From contig CAZYCQ010000021.1 of assembly GCA_964645535.1 (NCBI GenBank), forward strand, positions 1 to 47,875: DNA of 47,875 bases, in the 5' to 3' direction. Both the position numbers and the translations under genes were made by a program. Below are positions 27,709-36,258 of this stretch, piece by piece; position 1 is the first letter of the stretch, and each line of letters opens with the position of its first letter. Source of the DNA: an uncultured archaeon. GTDB lineage: Archaea > Asgardarchaeota > Heimdallarchaeia > Heimdallarchaeales > Kariarchaeaceae. The notes under the pieces are model-generated. The model ran no database searches. It worked only from the letters and a program-made list of their open reading frames with translations, and was not told where the DNA came from.

Positions 27709-29799
27709 ATGAAACACAGAAAATTAATGCTCCTAAGCGTTCTGATCATGGGCACATTTTTCTTGAGCTCATTCGGCAACGCGACTCTTGTTTCCCAAAC
27801 TGTCGGTCAAGGAGTTGTCAACTTCTCCATGGTCATTGAGACCAATGTTGGTAATAGGAGAAGGGAGAGTTTTGCATACTATCTCCAACAGGCCTTGGCT
27901 GAATTGGGAATCGATGTTAAAGTAGTCGGTAAGCCATTTAGCCAATTCGTCGGTGACCTGCTCTTTGCAAGTCCCAAACCCTACGGAATCGGTATTGTCG
28001 GCTTTATCGGCGGTTCTGTCATCGCTCCTGACTTCTACGATCTTTATCACAGTGAAGGGTTCTTCGGTGACCTGACCTATCAGCTGTCATCCGATGAATG
28101 GAAGCAATGGCTTCCCCAGGATCCTGGCAGCGGAGGCATCACCCAAGACGATGTTGACAACCTCGTCGGAAACATCACCTTCAACTTTGACCTACTCGGT
28201 GAAAGGAAAGATCTGACCCTTCAGTTCCAGCAGATGTTCATGGAACAGTTGTTATATGACTATCCTCTGCTTGCACCTACTGGTATCTTCTCAATTTGGC
28301 ATGGTCTTGAGAATTTTGACCCTGAAGAGGGAACCCTCGGATCAGCTTACTTGGGTGCCAAATGGGGTCCTGAAACCCCCTCCGAAAGGCAGAACAATGC
28401 TTCAACCATCGCAGTCAGGCTGGCTTCAATCACCGGAAACTTTGACCCCTTACAGGTCGCAGATTCCGAAACCAGCACTGTTCTCTCTGGTCTGTTCCCA
28501 CAACTTCTCATGTTCTCTGGAAGAGACTATAGTCCTCATCCATGGTTGGCCAAAGAATTCAATGTGACCACATGGTTCGATGCTCCCCTTGGTCCTAATG
28601 GTACCACTGTTGATGTCCCATACGGAAGGATGGACTTCTATCTCTATGACAATTGGCAATGGAGATATCCCAACGGCACCGTCTTCGGTCCTGTTGATGT
28701 CGATGACGTCAAGTTCTCCTTCGAATTGAGGATGGCACCCCACACCTTGATCAACGGTAAATCCGCTTTTGATACCATTTACAACGTGACTGCATATCCC
28801 TCAGAAAACAAGGTTTCTGTCTTCATCACTGAACCTACTGTCGATGACATCTTCTCCTTCGGTGGTATGGATATAGTCCCCTATGACCTTCTCGGCGGAG
28901 ACCTCCATTTCGAAAATGGTACCACCATCCGTGCATTGGAGAACACAACTGACACAGCCAATACCGGATTTACTCACTACAACCCATTTGACACTGTTGA
29001 ATGGAATGCATTCGAGGACAATCCAGTACAGGCTGGTCCTTATTACATCGACTTCTCCAACCCTGACCAATATCTTGCTGGTCAATATGTCTACAAATGG
29101 GCCAACCCATTGTTCACTTTCCCCAATGAATGGGACAGCAGCAACTTCGATCAGAGAACTCCTGAACCCGAAGATGCATACTTCTTCGCTTGGGCAGATG
29201 ATCCCAACACTTCCCAGAAGGAGAAACCCACTGAAATGACTATCAACCAGTTCTATCACCCAATTGTTGAGGATGTCAACATTGAATTGATCCTCTTCAA
29301 GGCAGGTGAAGTCGACTTGACCTCACCAACAGCCTTCGGTGGTGCAGAACTGCAATCACAGATTGATGATCCCAGATTTGACGTGCACACGGTTTCAACC
29401 ACCGCAACTGCTGATCTGCTGATCTTCAACCTGCTTGATCCCAACCTGAAGAAATACAACGTCAGGAGAGCTATCGCCCATGCAATTGACAAGACTGCAC
29501 TTCAAGCACTTGTCGACAATCTGCGTGAGCCTCAGGACTCCCCTGTCAAGCCATTCTTCAAGAACAACTACTACTCCGATCAATGGAAGATCCCCTATGA
29601 CCTTGAAGCTGCAAAGGCATTGATGAGGCAAGAAGGATATACTATTATTGATGAAGAACCTGCGAATCCAACTGAAATCCTCACCAGGATTCCATCAATT
29701 GAAGCAGGTGGTTTCAGTGTTCCATCTCCATTCTTTGCCTTCATTGCATCTCTTGCAGTTATGACTGTAGGTCTTAAGATCAAGCGCAAGAAAAACTAA
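27709..29799 (+). CDS. Family 5 ABC substrate-binding protein, circularly permuted, PxP-TM anchored (paralog 2)
   Basis: Signal peptide; LQQALAELGIDV near N-terminus, NFDPL, PHPWLA, DVKFSFE, AGPY, VRRAIAHAIDK, YDLEAAKALM; tail VPSP-TM-KRKK; ATG 27709 fits SD spacing better than 27700. Confidence 0.9.
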   Translation: MKHRKLMLLSVLIMGTFFLSSFGNATLVSQTVGQGVVNFSMVIETNVGNRRRESFAYYLQQALAELGIDVKVVGKPFSQFVGDLLFASPKPYGIGIVGFIGGSVIAPDFYDLYHSEGFFGDLTYQLSSDEWKQWLPQDPGSGGITQDDVDNLVGNITFNFDLLGERKDLTLQFQQMFMEQLLYDYPLLAPTGIFSIWHGLENFDPEEGTLGSAYLGAKWGPETPSERQNNASTIAVRLASITGNFDPLQVADSETSTVLSGLFPQLLMFSGRDYSPHPWLAKEFNVTTWFDAPLGPNGTTVDVPYGRMDFYLYDNWQWRYPNGTVFGPVDVDDVKFSFELRMAPHTLINGKSAFDTIYNVTAYPSENKVSVFITEPTVDDIFSFGGMDIVPYDLLGGDLHFENGTTIRALENTTDTANTGFTHYNPFDTVEWNAFEDNPVQAGPYYIDFSNPDQYLAGQYVYKWANPLFTFPNEWDSSNFDQRTPEPEDAYFFAWADDPNTSQKEKPTEMTINQFYHPIVEDVNIELILFKAGEVDLTSPTAFGGAELQSQIDDPRFDVHTVSTTATADLLIFNLLDPNLKKYNVRRAIAHAIDKTALQALVDNLREPQDSPVKPFFKNNYYSDQWKIPYDLEAAKALMRQEGYTIIDEEPANPTEILTRIPSIEAGGFSVPSPFFAFIASLAVMTVGLKIKRKKN

Positions 29800-29886
29800 A
29801 TTGACGTAATATTGTAAATTGAAGAAATAATCTAAATACAAACAAAAATATCATTTTTAAAATCCGTCATCCATTCAGTTTTAGAT

Positions 29887-31335
29887 ATGGTTGAATTGAA
29901 AAGAGTAAGCAATCACATTTGGGAAATTCCAGTGGATACTAGGGCAGATATGAATGTTCCAGTCCATATCTATTCTTCCGAACGATTGTTGAAAGATCTG
30001 GATGAAGGTGTCATCGAACAAGGTGTGAATGTCGCTACTCTTCCAGGTTTAGTGAAGAAGGTTTCAGTCATGCCAGATGGCCATTGGGGCTACGGCTTTC
30101 CAATCGGAGGAGTCGCTGCCATGGATGTCGACGAAGGTGTGATTTCACCAGGAGGTATTGGGTTTGATATCAATTGTGGAATGAGATTGATTAGAACAAA
30201 TCTCACTTATGAAGATGTTAAGCCTAAATTAAAAGAACTTGTTGATGAACTTTTCAAAGCAGTCCCGACAGGGGTTGGAACTAAAGGTATCCATCCCTTG
30301 AAAGATCGGGAATTTGATGAGGTAATGAAATATGGGATTGATTGGGTGATTGAAAATGATCTTGGTTGGAAGGAGGACAAACAGTTCATGGAAGAGCAGG
30401 GTGTAATCAAAGGGGCAAAACCGGAATTGATTTCACAAAAAGCACGATCAAGAGGGAGAAACCAACTCGGAACCCTCGGATCAGGGAACCATTTCCTCGA
30501 AATTCAGGTTGCCCAACCAGAAAACATTCATGACAAAGAGACTGCAAAGGCATTTGGAGTAGACATTGACAATCAGGTCGTAATCATGATCCATTGTGGA
30601 TCAAGGGGCTTTGGCCATCAAGTTGCTTCGGAACATCTGAGAGTTTTCCTTGAGGCAATGCCAAGGTATGGCATTAAAATATTGGATAAAGAATTGGCAG
30701 CTGCCCCAATCAAATCAAGGGAAGGTGAGGAATATTTTGCCTCAATGGCCGCAGCCGCAAATATGGCCTTTGCAAATCGTGCAATCATAATGCATGAAAC
30801 ACGAAAAGTGTTTTCAAAAGTGTTTGGCCAAGATCCTGAAGACCTCGGAATGCGGCTTACTTATGATGTCTGTCATAACATTGCCAAATTTGAAGAACAT
30901 GTAGTTGATGATGAAAAACGTGAGGTACTTGTCCATCGTAAAGGGGCAACTCGTGCCTTTGGCCCACATCATCCTGATCTTGCAGATGCATACAAACCAT
31001 ATGGCCAACCTGTGATTATTGGTGGCAGTATGGAAACTGGATCCTATATTCTTGCAGGAACAGAGGCATCCATGCATGAGGCATTTGGAAGTTCTGCCCA
31101 TGGATCTGGAAGAACTATGAGCAGAAGCAAAGCCAAAAAGCAAATCACCGGTCAAGAACTCTATGAACAGATGCTTGAGAAGGGCATTTATGTCAGAGGG
31201 GCATCATGGAAAGGACTTGCTGAAGAAGCTGGATTTGCCTACAAGAACTTATCTGAGGTTGTTATGGCCTGTGAAGGTGGAAACCTTGCACGACCAATTG
31301 TTCAATTACGTCCAATTGGCAATATCAAAGGTTAA
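29887..31335 (+). CDS. rtcB: tRNA-splicing ligase RtcB
   Basis: MPDGHWGYGFPIGG, DINCG, GSGNHF, HCGSRG, CHN, HRKGAT, HGSGR. Confidence 0.98.
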   Translation: MVELKRVSNHIWEIPVDTRADMNVPVHIYSSERLLKDLDEGVIEQGVNVATLPGLVKKVSVMPDGHWGYGFPIGGVAAMDVDEGVISPGGIGFDINCGMRLIRTNLTYEDVKPKLKELVDELFKAVPTGVGTKGIHPLKDREFDEVMKYGIDWVIENDLGWKEDKQFMEEQGVIKGAKPELISQKARSRGRNQLGTLGSGNHFLEIQVAQPENIHDKETAKAFGVDIDNQVVIMIHCGSRGFGHQVASEHLRVFLEAMPRYGIKILDKELAAAPIKSREGEEYFASMAAAANMAFANRAIIMHETRKVFSKVFGQDPEDLGMRLTYDVCHNIAKFEEHVVDDEKREVLVHRKGATRAFGPHHPDLADAYKPYGQPVIIGGSMETGSYILAGTEASMHEAFGSSAHGSGRTMSRSKAKKQITGQELYEQMLEKGIYVRGASWKGLAEEAGFAYKNLSEVVMACEGGNLARPIVQLRPIGNIKG

Positions 31336-32276
31336 TCTCCCCATTCTATTCCCATAGTTCCCATAGAAAATCCCAGACTTGTTCCACTAACAAGGATTTT
31401 TGATCCCTTTTTAATTAATCCATTCTCCAGTCCATAGTCCAATTGGAAGAGTAGGTCATTTGTTCCCATATGCGGGACTTGTCTGAGGCATTCAATTCCT
31501 GTCTTTTCCAAGGGGAATTTCATCTGATCAAGCACCATTCGAGTAGCGGCATATGTTGAACAACTGATTGCTATGAAGTCAATATCTTTGGGATATGTTT
31601 TCATTGCCAAACAGGCTTTTCTCATGTGGTTTGCAAATGTTTTGACCATGTATTCTGAAAGTTCCTTTCCTTTTTGCAAATTGGCCAGTTGGTATTTGGC
31701 TTGGTTGTTCAGAATAAACATATCTCTGAAATAAGGGTTGGTGCTGATCTCCACATATTTGACCTTGTTTCCATGTTCTCCTTTTGAAAAAGCAAAAGAA
31801 CCAATCGAATCTGCGAAAATGCAATTACCGTCTGAGCAATTGTCAGTATACTGTGTTGTCATCTGCACTGACCCCACTATGATATTATTTACTTCTGGAT
31901 GAATAAAATGGGTTCCTGCAATTTGGGCCGCAAGAATTACTGAGGCACAGCCCAACGAGAAATCAAACCCAAATCCCTCGGTCTTAGGAAATGCGGCCAT
32001 GGTTACGGGGCTTGCTCCTTCTGGATGCCTATCAATGCCATTGTGTATCCCCAAAAAACCTTGGATGTCATCCCCTGTCAATCCTGCCATTTCTGCTGTT
32101 TTCTGCACTTCCTTGATTAGAATTCTATCCCATTGGTGGTCATCGGAGTACACAAATGTTGCAGGTACGGGATTTCTCTTCAAAACATTTTTGGGTAAAT
32201 CCAATTCGTCAATTGGGATTTTTTTGTCACCTTTGTTGAACGACCACCCTGAAAGAAGCAAATTATCAAACTTCAT
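31332..32276 (-). CDS. 3-oxoacyl-ACP synthase III (FabH/KAS III)-like thiolase-fold enzyme, atypical active site
   Basis: FDFSLGCAS (catalytic Cys), IFAD, DIDFIAISCS (His of HQAN absent), HMGTND (in place of GNT), GTSLGFSMG; start ATG 32276 or TTG 32315. Confidence 0.8.
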   Translation of the reverse strand: MKFDNLLLSGWSFNKGDKKIPIDELDLPKNVLKRNPVPATFVYSDDHQWDRILIKEVQKTAEMAGLTGDDIQGFLGIHNGIDRHPEGASPVTMAAFPKTEGFGFDFSLGCASVILAAQIAGTHFIHPEVNNIIVGSVQMTTQYTDNCSDGNCIFADSIGSFAFSKGEHGNKVKYVEISTNPYFRDMFILNNQAKYQLANLQKGKELSEYMVKTFANHMRKACLAMKTYPKDIDFIAISCSTYAATRMVLDQMKFPLEKTGIECLRQVPHMGTNDLLFQLDYGLENGLIKKGSKILVSGTSLGFSMGTMGIEWGD

Positions 32277-32446
32277 AACAACTATGTCCAATTCTCGGTG
32301 TGGCTTCAAGAACATTCCTGTTTGAAACAGGGGGTTTCTGTGTTATATCTGTGTAAAACTTAAATCGCTTAACATTTGCATCAAAGTCATTTAGGGAGTG
32401 AGCTCCAGATGAAACAATTTTTGTACCCTCCCTTGAACGATGAACC

Positions 32447-33925
32447 ATGATAGAAAAGCTACTTATCGCAAACCGCGGAGAGATTGCTCTCAGGGTGATA
32501 AGAGCCGCAAAAACATTGGGTGTGGAAACTGTAGGGATATATTCTGAACAAGATAGGCATTCATGGCATGTCAAGATGGCGGATGAAGCTTACAGTTTGG
32601 GAGGAGGACCTGCCACGCAAAATTATTTGAATATTGACAAGATCCTAGATATTGCGGAAAATGTTGGGGCTGATTCTATTCATCCCGGATATGGCTTTCT
32701 TGCAGAATCACCGGAATTCGCGGATGCGGTAAGCAAAGCTGGATTGAAATGGGTAGGTCCAAAAGCAGAAGTCATTCAGAAATTAGGCGACAAATTGACC
32801 TCTAGGGAAATCGCTGAAAAGGTTGGTGTCCCTGTTTCACCGGGAAGTGATGAACCTGTTCTCCCAAATGAAGACGCAAAAAAAATCGCAAAGGAAATCG
32901 GCTATCCTATCATGGTGAAAGCTTCCTATGGGGGTGGAGGAATGGGGATTCAGATAGTTCGGTCGGAAGAGGAGTTAATTCCCACCATTGAAAGAACGTC
33001 AAAGCAAGCAATGGCTGCTTTTGGCAATCCAGAAGTCTTCATGGAAAAATTCATTGAAAAGCCTAGACACATCGAAATTCAATTCATGGGTGATCACTAT
33101 GGAAAGGTGGTTCATTTGGGAGAACGAGAATGCTCCATTCAGAGGAGACATCAAAAACTCATTGAAGAAGCTCCTTCGACAGCAATCAATGAAGAAGAGA
33201 GAGAACGTATCGGAAAACTCGTTAAAAAATTGGCCAAATACGTAGGATATGAAAATGCAGGAACTGCCGAATTCTTGTACAAAGATGGTCAATTCTACTT
33301 CAACGAAGTCAATACACGGATTCAAGTAGAGCATCCGGTGACGGAAATGATTACTGGAAAAGATTTGGTTTTGGAACAGCTTCTTGTTGCTTCTGGAAAA
33401 CGTTTGTCTTGGGCACAAAAGGATATTACTTTCCATGGTCATGCAATTGAAATGCGAATCAATGCGGAGGATCCATTATTGAATTTCGCACCCACTTCTG
33501 GAAAAATACAACAACTTTCAATTCCCGGAGGTCCAGGTGTTCGTTTCGATTCACACATTTTCGCAGGATATACAATCCCCAAAGAATATGATTCCCTCCT
33601 CGGTAAACTGGTGGTTTGGGGAGAAAACAGAGATCAATCAACGGCTCGTGCTTTTTTTGCAATGACTGAATTGGCGATAACCGGTGTTCCAACCAACCTT
33701 CCCTTTCATAGAGTAGCCATTGCCAACAAAAACTTCCAGAAAGGGAATCTTCACACCAATTTCATAGAAGACAACAATATCCTTCCATATATCAAGGCAG
33801 CATACAACAGGCGAGTCGTTGCATTGTTTGCAACTCAAATGAAGACAAGGAAGGTGTTCCTTCCTATACGAAAGAAGTCCAATTGGAGACAGGTTGCCTT
33901 AAAGGAACTGACACGAGGGTTATAA
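32447..33925 (+). CDS. accC: Biotin carboxylase subunit of acyl-CoA carboxylase
   Basis: LIANRGEIA, HPGYGFLAE, GGGGMG, ERECSIQRRHQKLIEEAP, EVNTRIQVEHPVTE, RINAED. Confidence 0.96.
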   Translation: MIEKLLIANRGEIALRVIRAAKTLGVETVGIYSEQDRHSWHVKMADEAYSLGGGPATQNYLNIDKILDIAENVGADSIHPGYGFLAESPEFADAVSKAGLKWVGPKAEVIQKLGDKLTSREIAEKVGVPVSPGSDEPVLPNEDAKKIAKEIGYPIMVKASYGGGGMGIQIVRSEEELIPTIERTSKQAMAAFGNPEVFMEKFIEKPRHIEIQFMGDHYGKVVHLGERECSIQRRHQKLIEEAPSTAINEEERERIGKLVKKLAKYVGYENAGTAEFLYKDGQFYFNEVNTRIQVEHPVTEMITGKDLVLEQLLVASGKRLSWAQKDITFHGHAIEMRINAEDPLLNFAPTSGKIQQLSIPGGPGVRFDSHIFAGYTIPKEYDSLLGKLVVWGENRDQSTARAFFAMTELAITGVPTNLPFHRVAIANKNFQKGNLHTNFIEDNNILPYIKAAYNRRVVALFATQMKTRKVFLPIRKKSNWRQVALKELTRGL

Positions 33926-33926
33926 A

Positions 33927-34517
33927 ATGAAGCACCCAGGGATCAAAAAATCAATGACCGCCCAGGAGCGGATGAAAAAAGAACAGAAAAATGCCAGAAA
34001 TCTGGATCCCAACTATTTGGAGGAATTCAAGTCATATGATATAAATTTCACTGGACGAACCTCTCAATTGCTATTTAACGAAAAAACTGGAGAAATCATC
34101 ATGGATGGAGTTGTTTATCGACCTGAAGTCTTGGACTTGGGATCTCATTACCTTGTAACTGTTCAAGATGAACATTCTTACAAGATTTCCTTCAGTGAGG
34201 GTCATATTTTCCTAGATGGACGGGTTGTGGATTTCTCCTATACTCCATCTGTACCCAAGCTCAAGCGTAGATCCTCAAGCGGAATACAGAAAATAGAAAT
34301 ACAATCTCCTCTTCCAGGAGTCATTGTTGGAATTCATGTGAAGGTCGGTGACCATGTCAATGAAGGTGATAAAATACTCACATTGGAAGCAATGAAAATG
34401 CAAAATGAACTTGTTACTGAAAAGGCAGGCGTTGTTGAAAAAATCCTCGTCAAAATGAATGACCAAACAGAAACCAATCAGTTGCTGGCGATAATTTCTC
34501 CCGATCCGAAAGAATAG
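33927..34517 (+). CDS. accB: Biotin carboxyl carrier protein
   Basis: SPLPG...LEAMKMQNE biotinylation motif; starts 1 nt after the accC stop. Confidence 0.93.
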   Translation: MKHPGIKKSMTAQERMKKEQKNARNLDPNYLEEFKSYDINFTGRTSQLLFNEKTGEIIMDGVVYRPEVLDLGSHYLVTVQDEHSYKISFSEGHIFLDGRVVDFSYTPSVPKLKRRSSSGIQKIEIQSPLPGVIVGIHVKVGDHVNEGDKILTLEAMKMQNELVTEKAGVVEKILVKMNDQTETNQLLAIISPDPKE

Positions 34518-34593
34518 ATGTTTTACGGTCATAATATATTTCAAGCCCTGTACCCTCAGTTGATTTTAAAAACATACGATTTTCCTGAAAGGC

Positions 34594-36165
34594 ATGAGTA
34601 ATCTAGACCCAGAGGAGACAACCCAAGCAAAAATCGAGCACTACAAGCAGCTCAAAAAACAGGTACTTCTAGGCGGTGGAGAGAAACGAATCAAGGCTCA
34701 ACATGATAAAGGCAAGTATACAGCTCGTGAAAGAATTCAATTATTGATGGATCCCGGGTCATTTGTCGAACTTGGTGGGTTTGTAACACATCAGAAAACA
34801 GATTTCGGTCTGGATAAAAAAAAGTTTTTGGGTGATGGTGTCATTACTGGATACGGAAGGGTCAACGGACGTTTGGTCTATGTCTATGCCCAAGATTTCA
34901 CTGTTCTAGGCGGCTCTTTAGGTAATGCCCATGCCAAAAAAATAGTCAATATCATGGAGCTTGCTTTGAAAACAGGTGCCCCTATTGTAGGTTTTAACGA
35001 TTCTGGCGGGGCAAGAATCCAAGAAGGAGTTGATGCCCTCGCGGGATATGGAGACATTTTTTTTCACAATGTCTTGGCTTCAGGAGTCATCCCACAAATT
35101 TCTGTAATTGTAGGACCTTCCGCAGGTGGAGCGGTGTACTCTCCTGCTCTTACAGATTTCATCATCATGACAAAAGAAACATCTCATATGTTCGTTACAG
35201 GTCCATCTGTGGTTAAAACAGTAACCGGCGAAGACATCTCGTTTGAAGAGTTGGGAGGAGCAACAACTCACACCTTGAAATCTGGTGTTGCCCATTTTGA
35301 TGGAGCTGATGAAAAAGAAAGTATCGAGCTAATCAAACGCATTCTTAGCTATCTCCCTTCCAACAATTTAGAAGATCCTCCTGTCGTTGAACCAACGGAC
35401 GACAAGGCAAGGATGAGTGAAAAGCTCAATTCCATCATTCCTGATGATTCAAAAGTTCCTTATGATATGAAGGAAGTTATCCGTGAGGTGGTGGATCACG
35501 GTGAATTTTTGGAAATCCAAGAAAAATGGGCAAAGAACATTATAATTGGATTTGCTCGATTAAATGGATATCCTGTAGGGATTGTAGCCAACCAACCTCC
35601 TGTTCTTGCAGGTGCTTTGGATAGTGAAGCTTCAATCAAAGGCGCAAAATTCGTGCGATTTTGTGATTCTTTCAATATTCCAATTATAACATTTGTTGAT
35701 GTGCCAGGCTTCCTTCCAGGTGTTGATCAAGAATGGAAGGGCATCATTAGAAATGGAGCAAAGCTTCTGTATGCATACTGTGAGGCAACGGTTCCGAAAA
35801 TTGCAGTCGTAACACGAAAGGCCTTTGGAGGTGCATATATCGTTATGGCTTCGAAACATCTCAGAACAGACGTGAATTTTGCTTGGCCAATGGCAGAGAT
35901 TGCGGTAATGGGATCTGAAGCCGCTGTCAATATTATTTTCAGAAAGGAACTTCAAAAGGCAGAGGATCCAGTTGCCAAACAAAAAGAAATTGAAAAGGAA
36001 TATCGTGAGAAATTTTACAACCCCTATTCTGCCGCGTCATTGGGTTATATTGATGAAGTTATTCTTCCTTCAGAAACCCGTCCAAAATTAATAGAAGCCC
36101 TTTGGCCTCTTCTCACAAAAAGAGAGAACCGTATCGCCAAAAAACATGGCAATATTCCTCTATGA
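34594..36165 (+). CDS. pccB: Single-chain carboxyltransferase subunit (PccB/AccD type)
   Basis: TARERI, QDFTVLGGSLG, DSGGARIQEG, AGGAVYSPA, DVPGFLPG, KKHGNIPL. Confidence 0.95.
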   Translation: MSNLDPEETTQAKIEHYKQLKKQVLLGGGEKRIKAQHDKGKYTARERIQLLMDPGSFVELGGFVTHQKTDFGLDKKKFLGDGVITGYGRVNGRLVYVYAQDFTVLGGSLGNAHAKKIVNIMELALKTGAPIVGFNDSGGARIQEGVDALAGYGDIFFHNVLASGVIPQISVIVGPSAGGAVYSPALTDFIIMTKETSHMFVTGPSVVKTVTGEDISFEELGGATTHTLKSGVAHFDGADEKESIELIKRILSYLPSNNLEDPPVVEPTDDKARMSEKLNSIIPDDSKVPYDMKEVIREVVDHGEFLEIQEKWAKNIIIGFARLNGYPVGIVANQPPVLAGALDSEASIKGAKFVRFCDSFNIPIITFVDVPGFLPGVDQEWKGIIRNGAKLLYAYCEATVPKIAVVTRKAFGGAYIVMASKHLRTDVNFAWPMAEIAVMGSEAAVNIIFRKELQKAEDPVAKQKEIEKEYREKFYNPYSAASLGYIDEVILPSETRPKLIEALWPLLTKRENRIAKKHGNIPL

Positions 36166-36258
36166 TGCCTTAGTGAACTATTTTATGACCAAATAATCAA
36201 TCTAACATACATTTTAAGAATTGTCCAATCAAGAGCAAATCAGAAAAAACTAGAGGAT

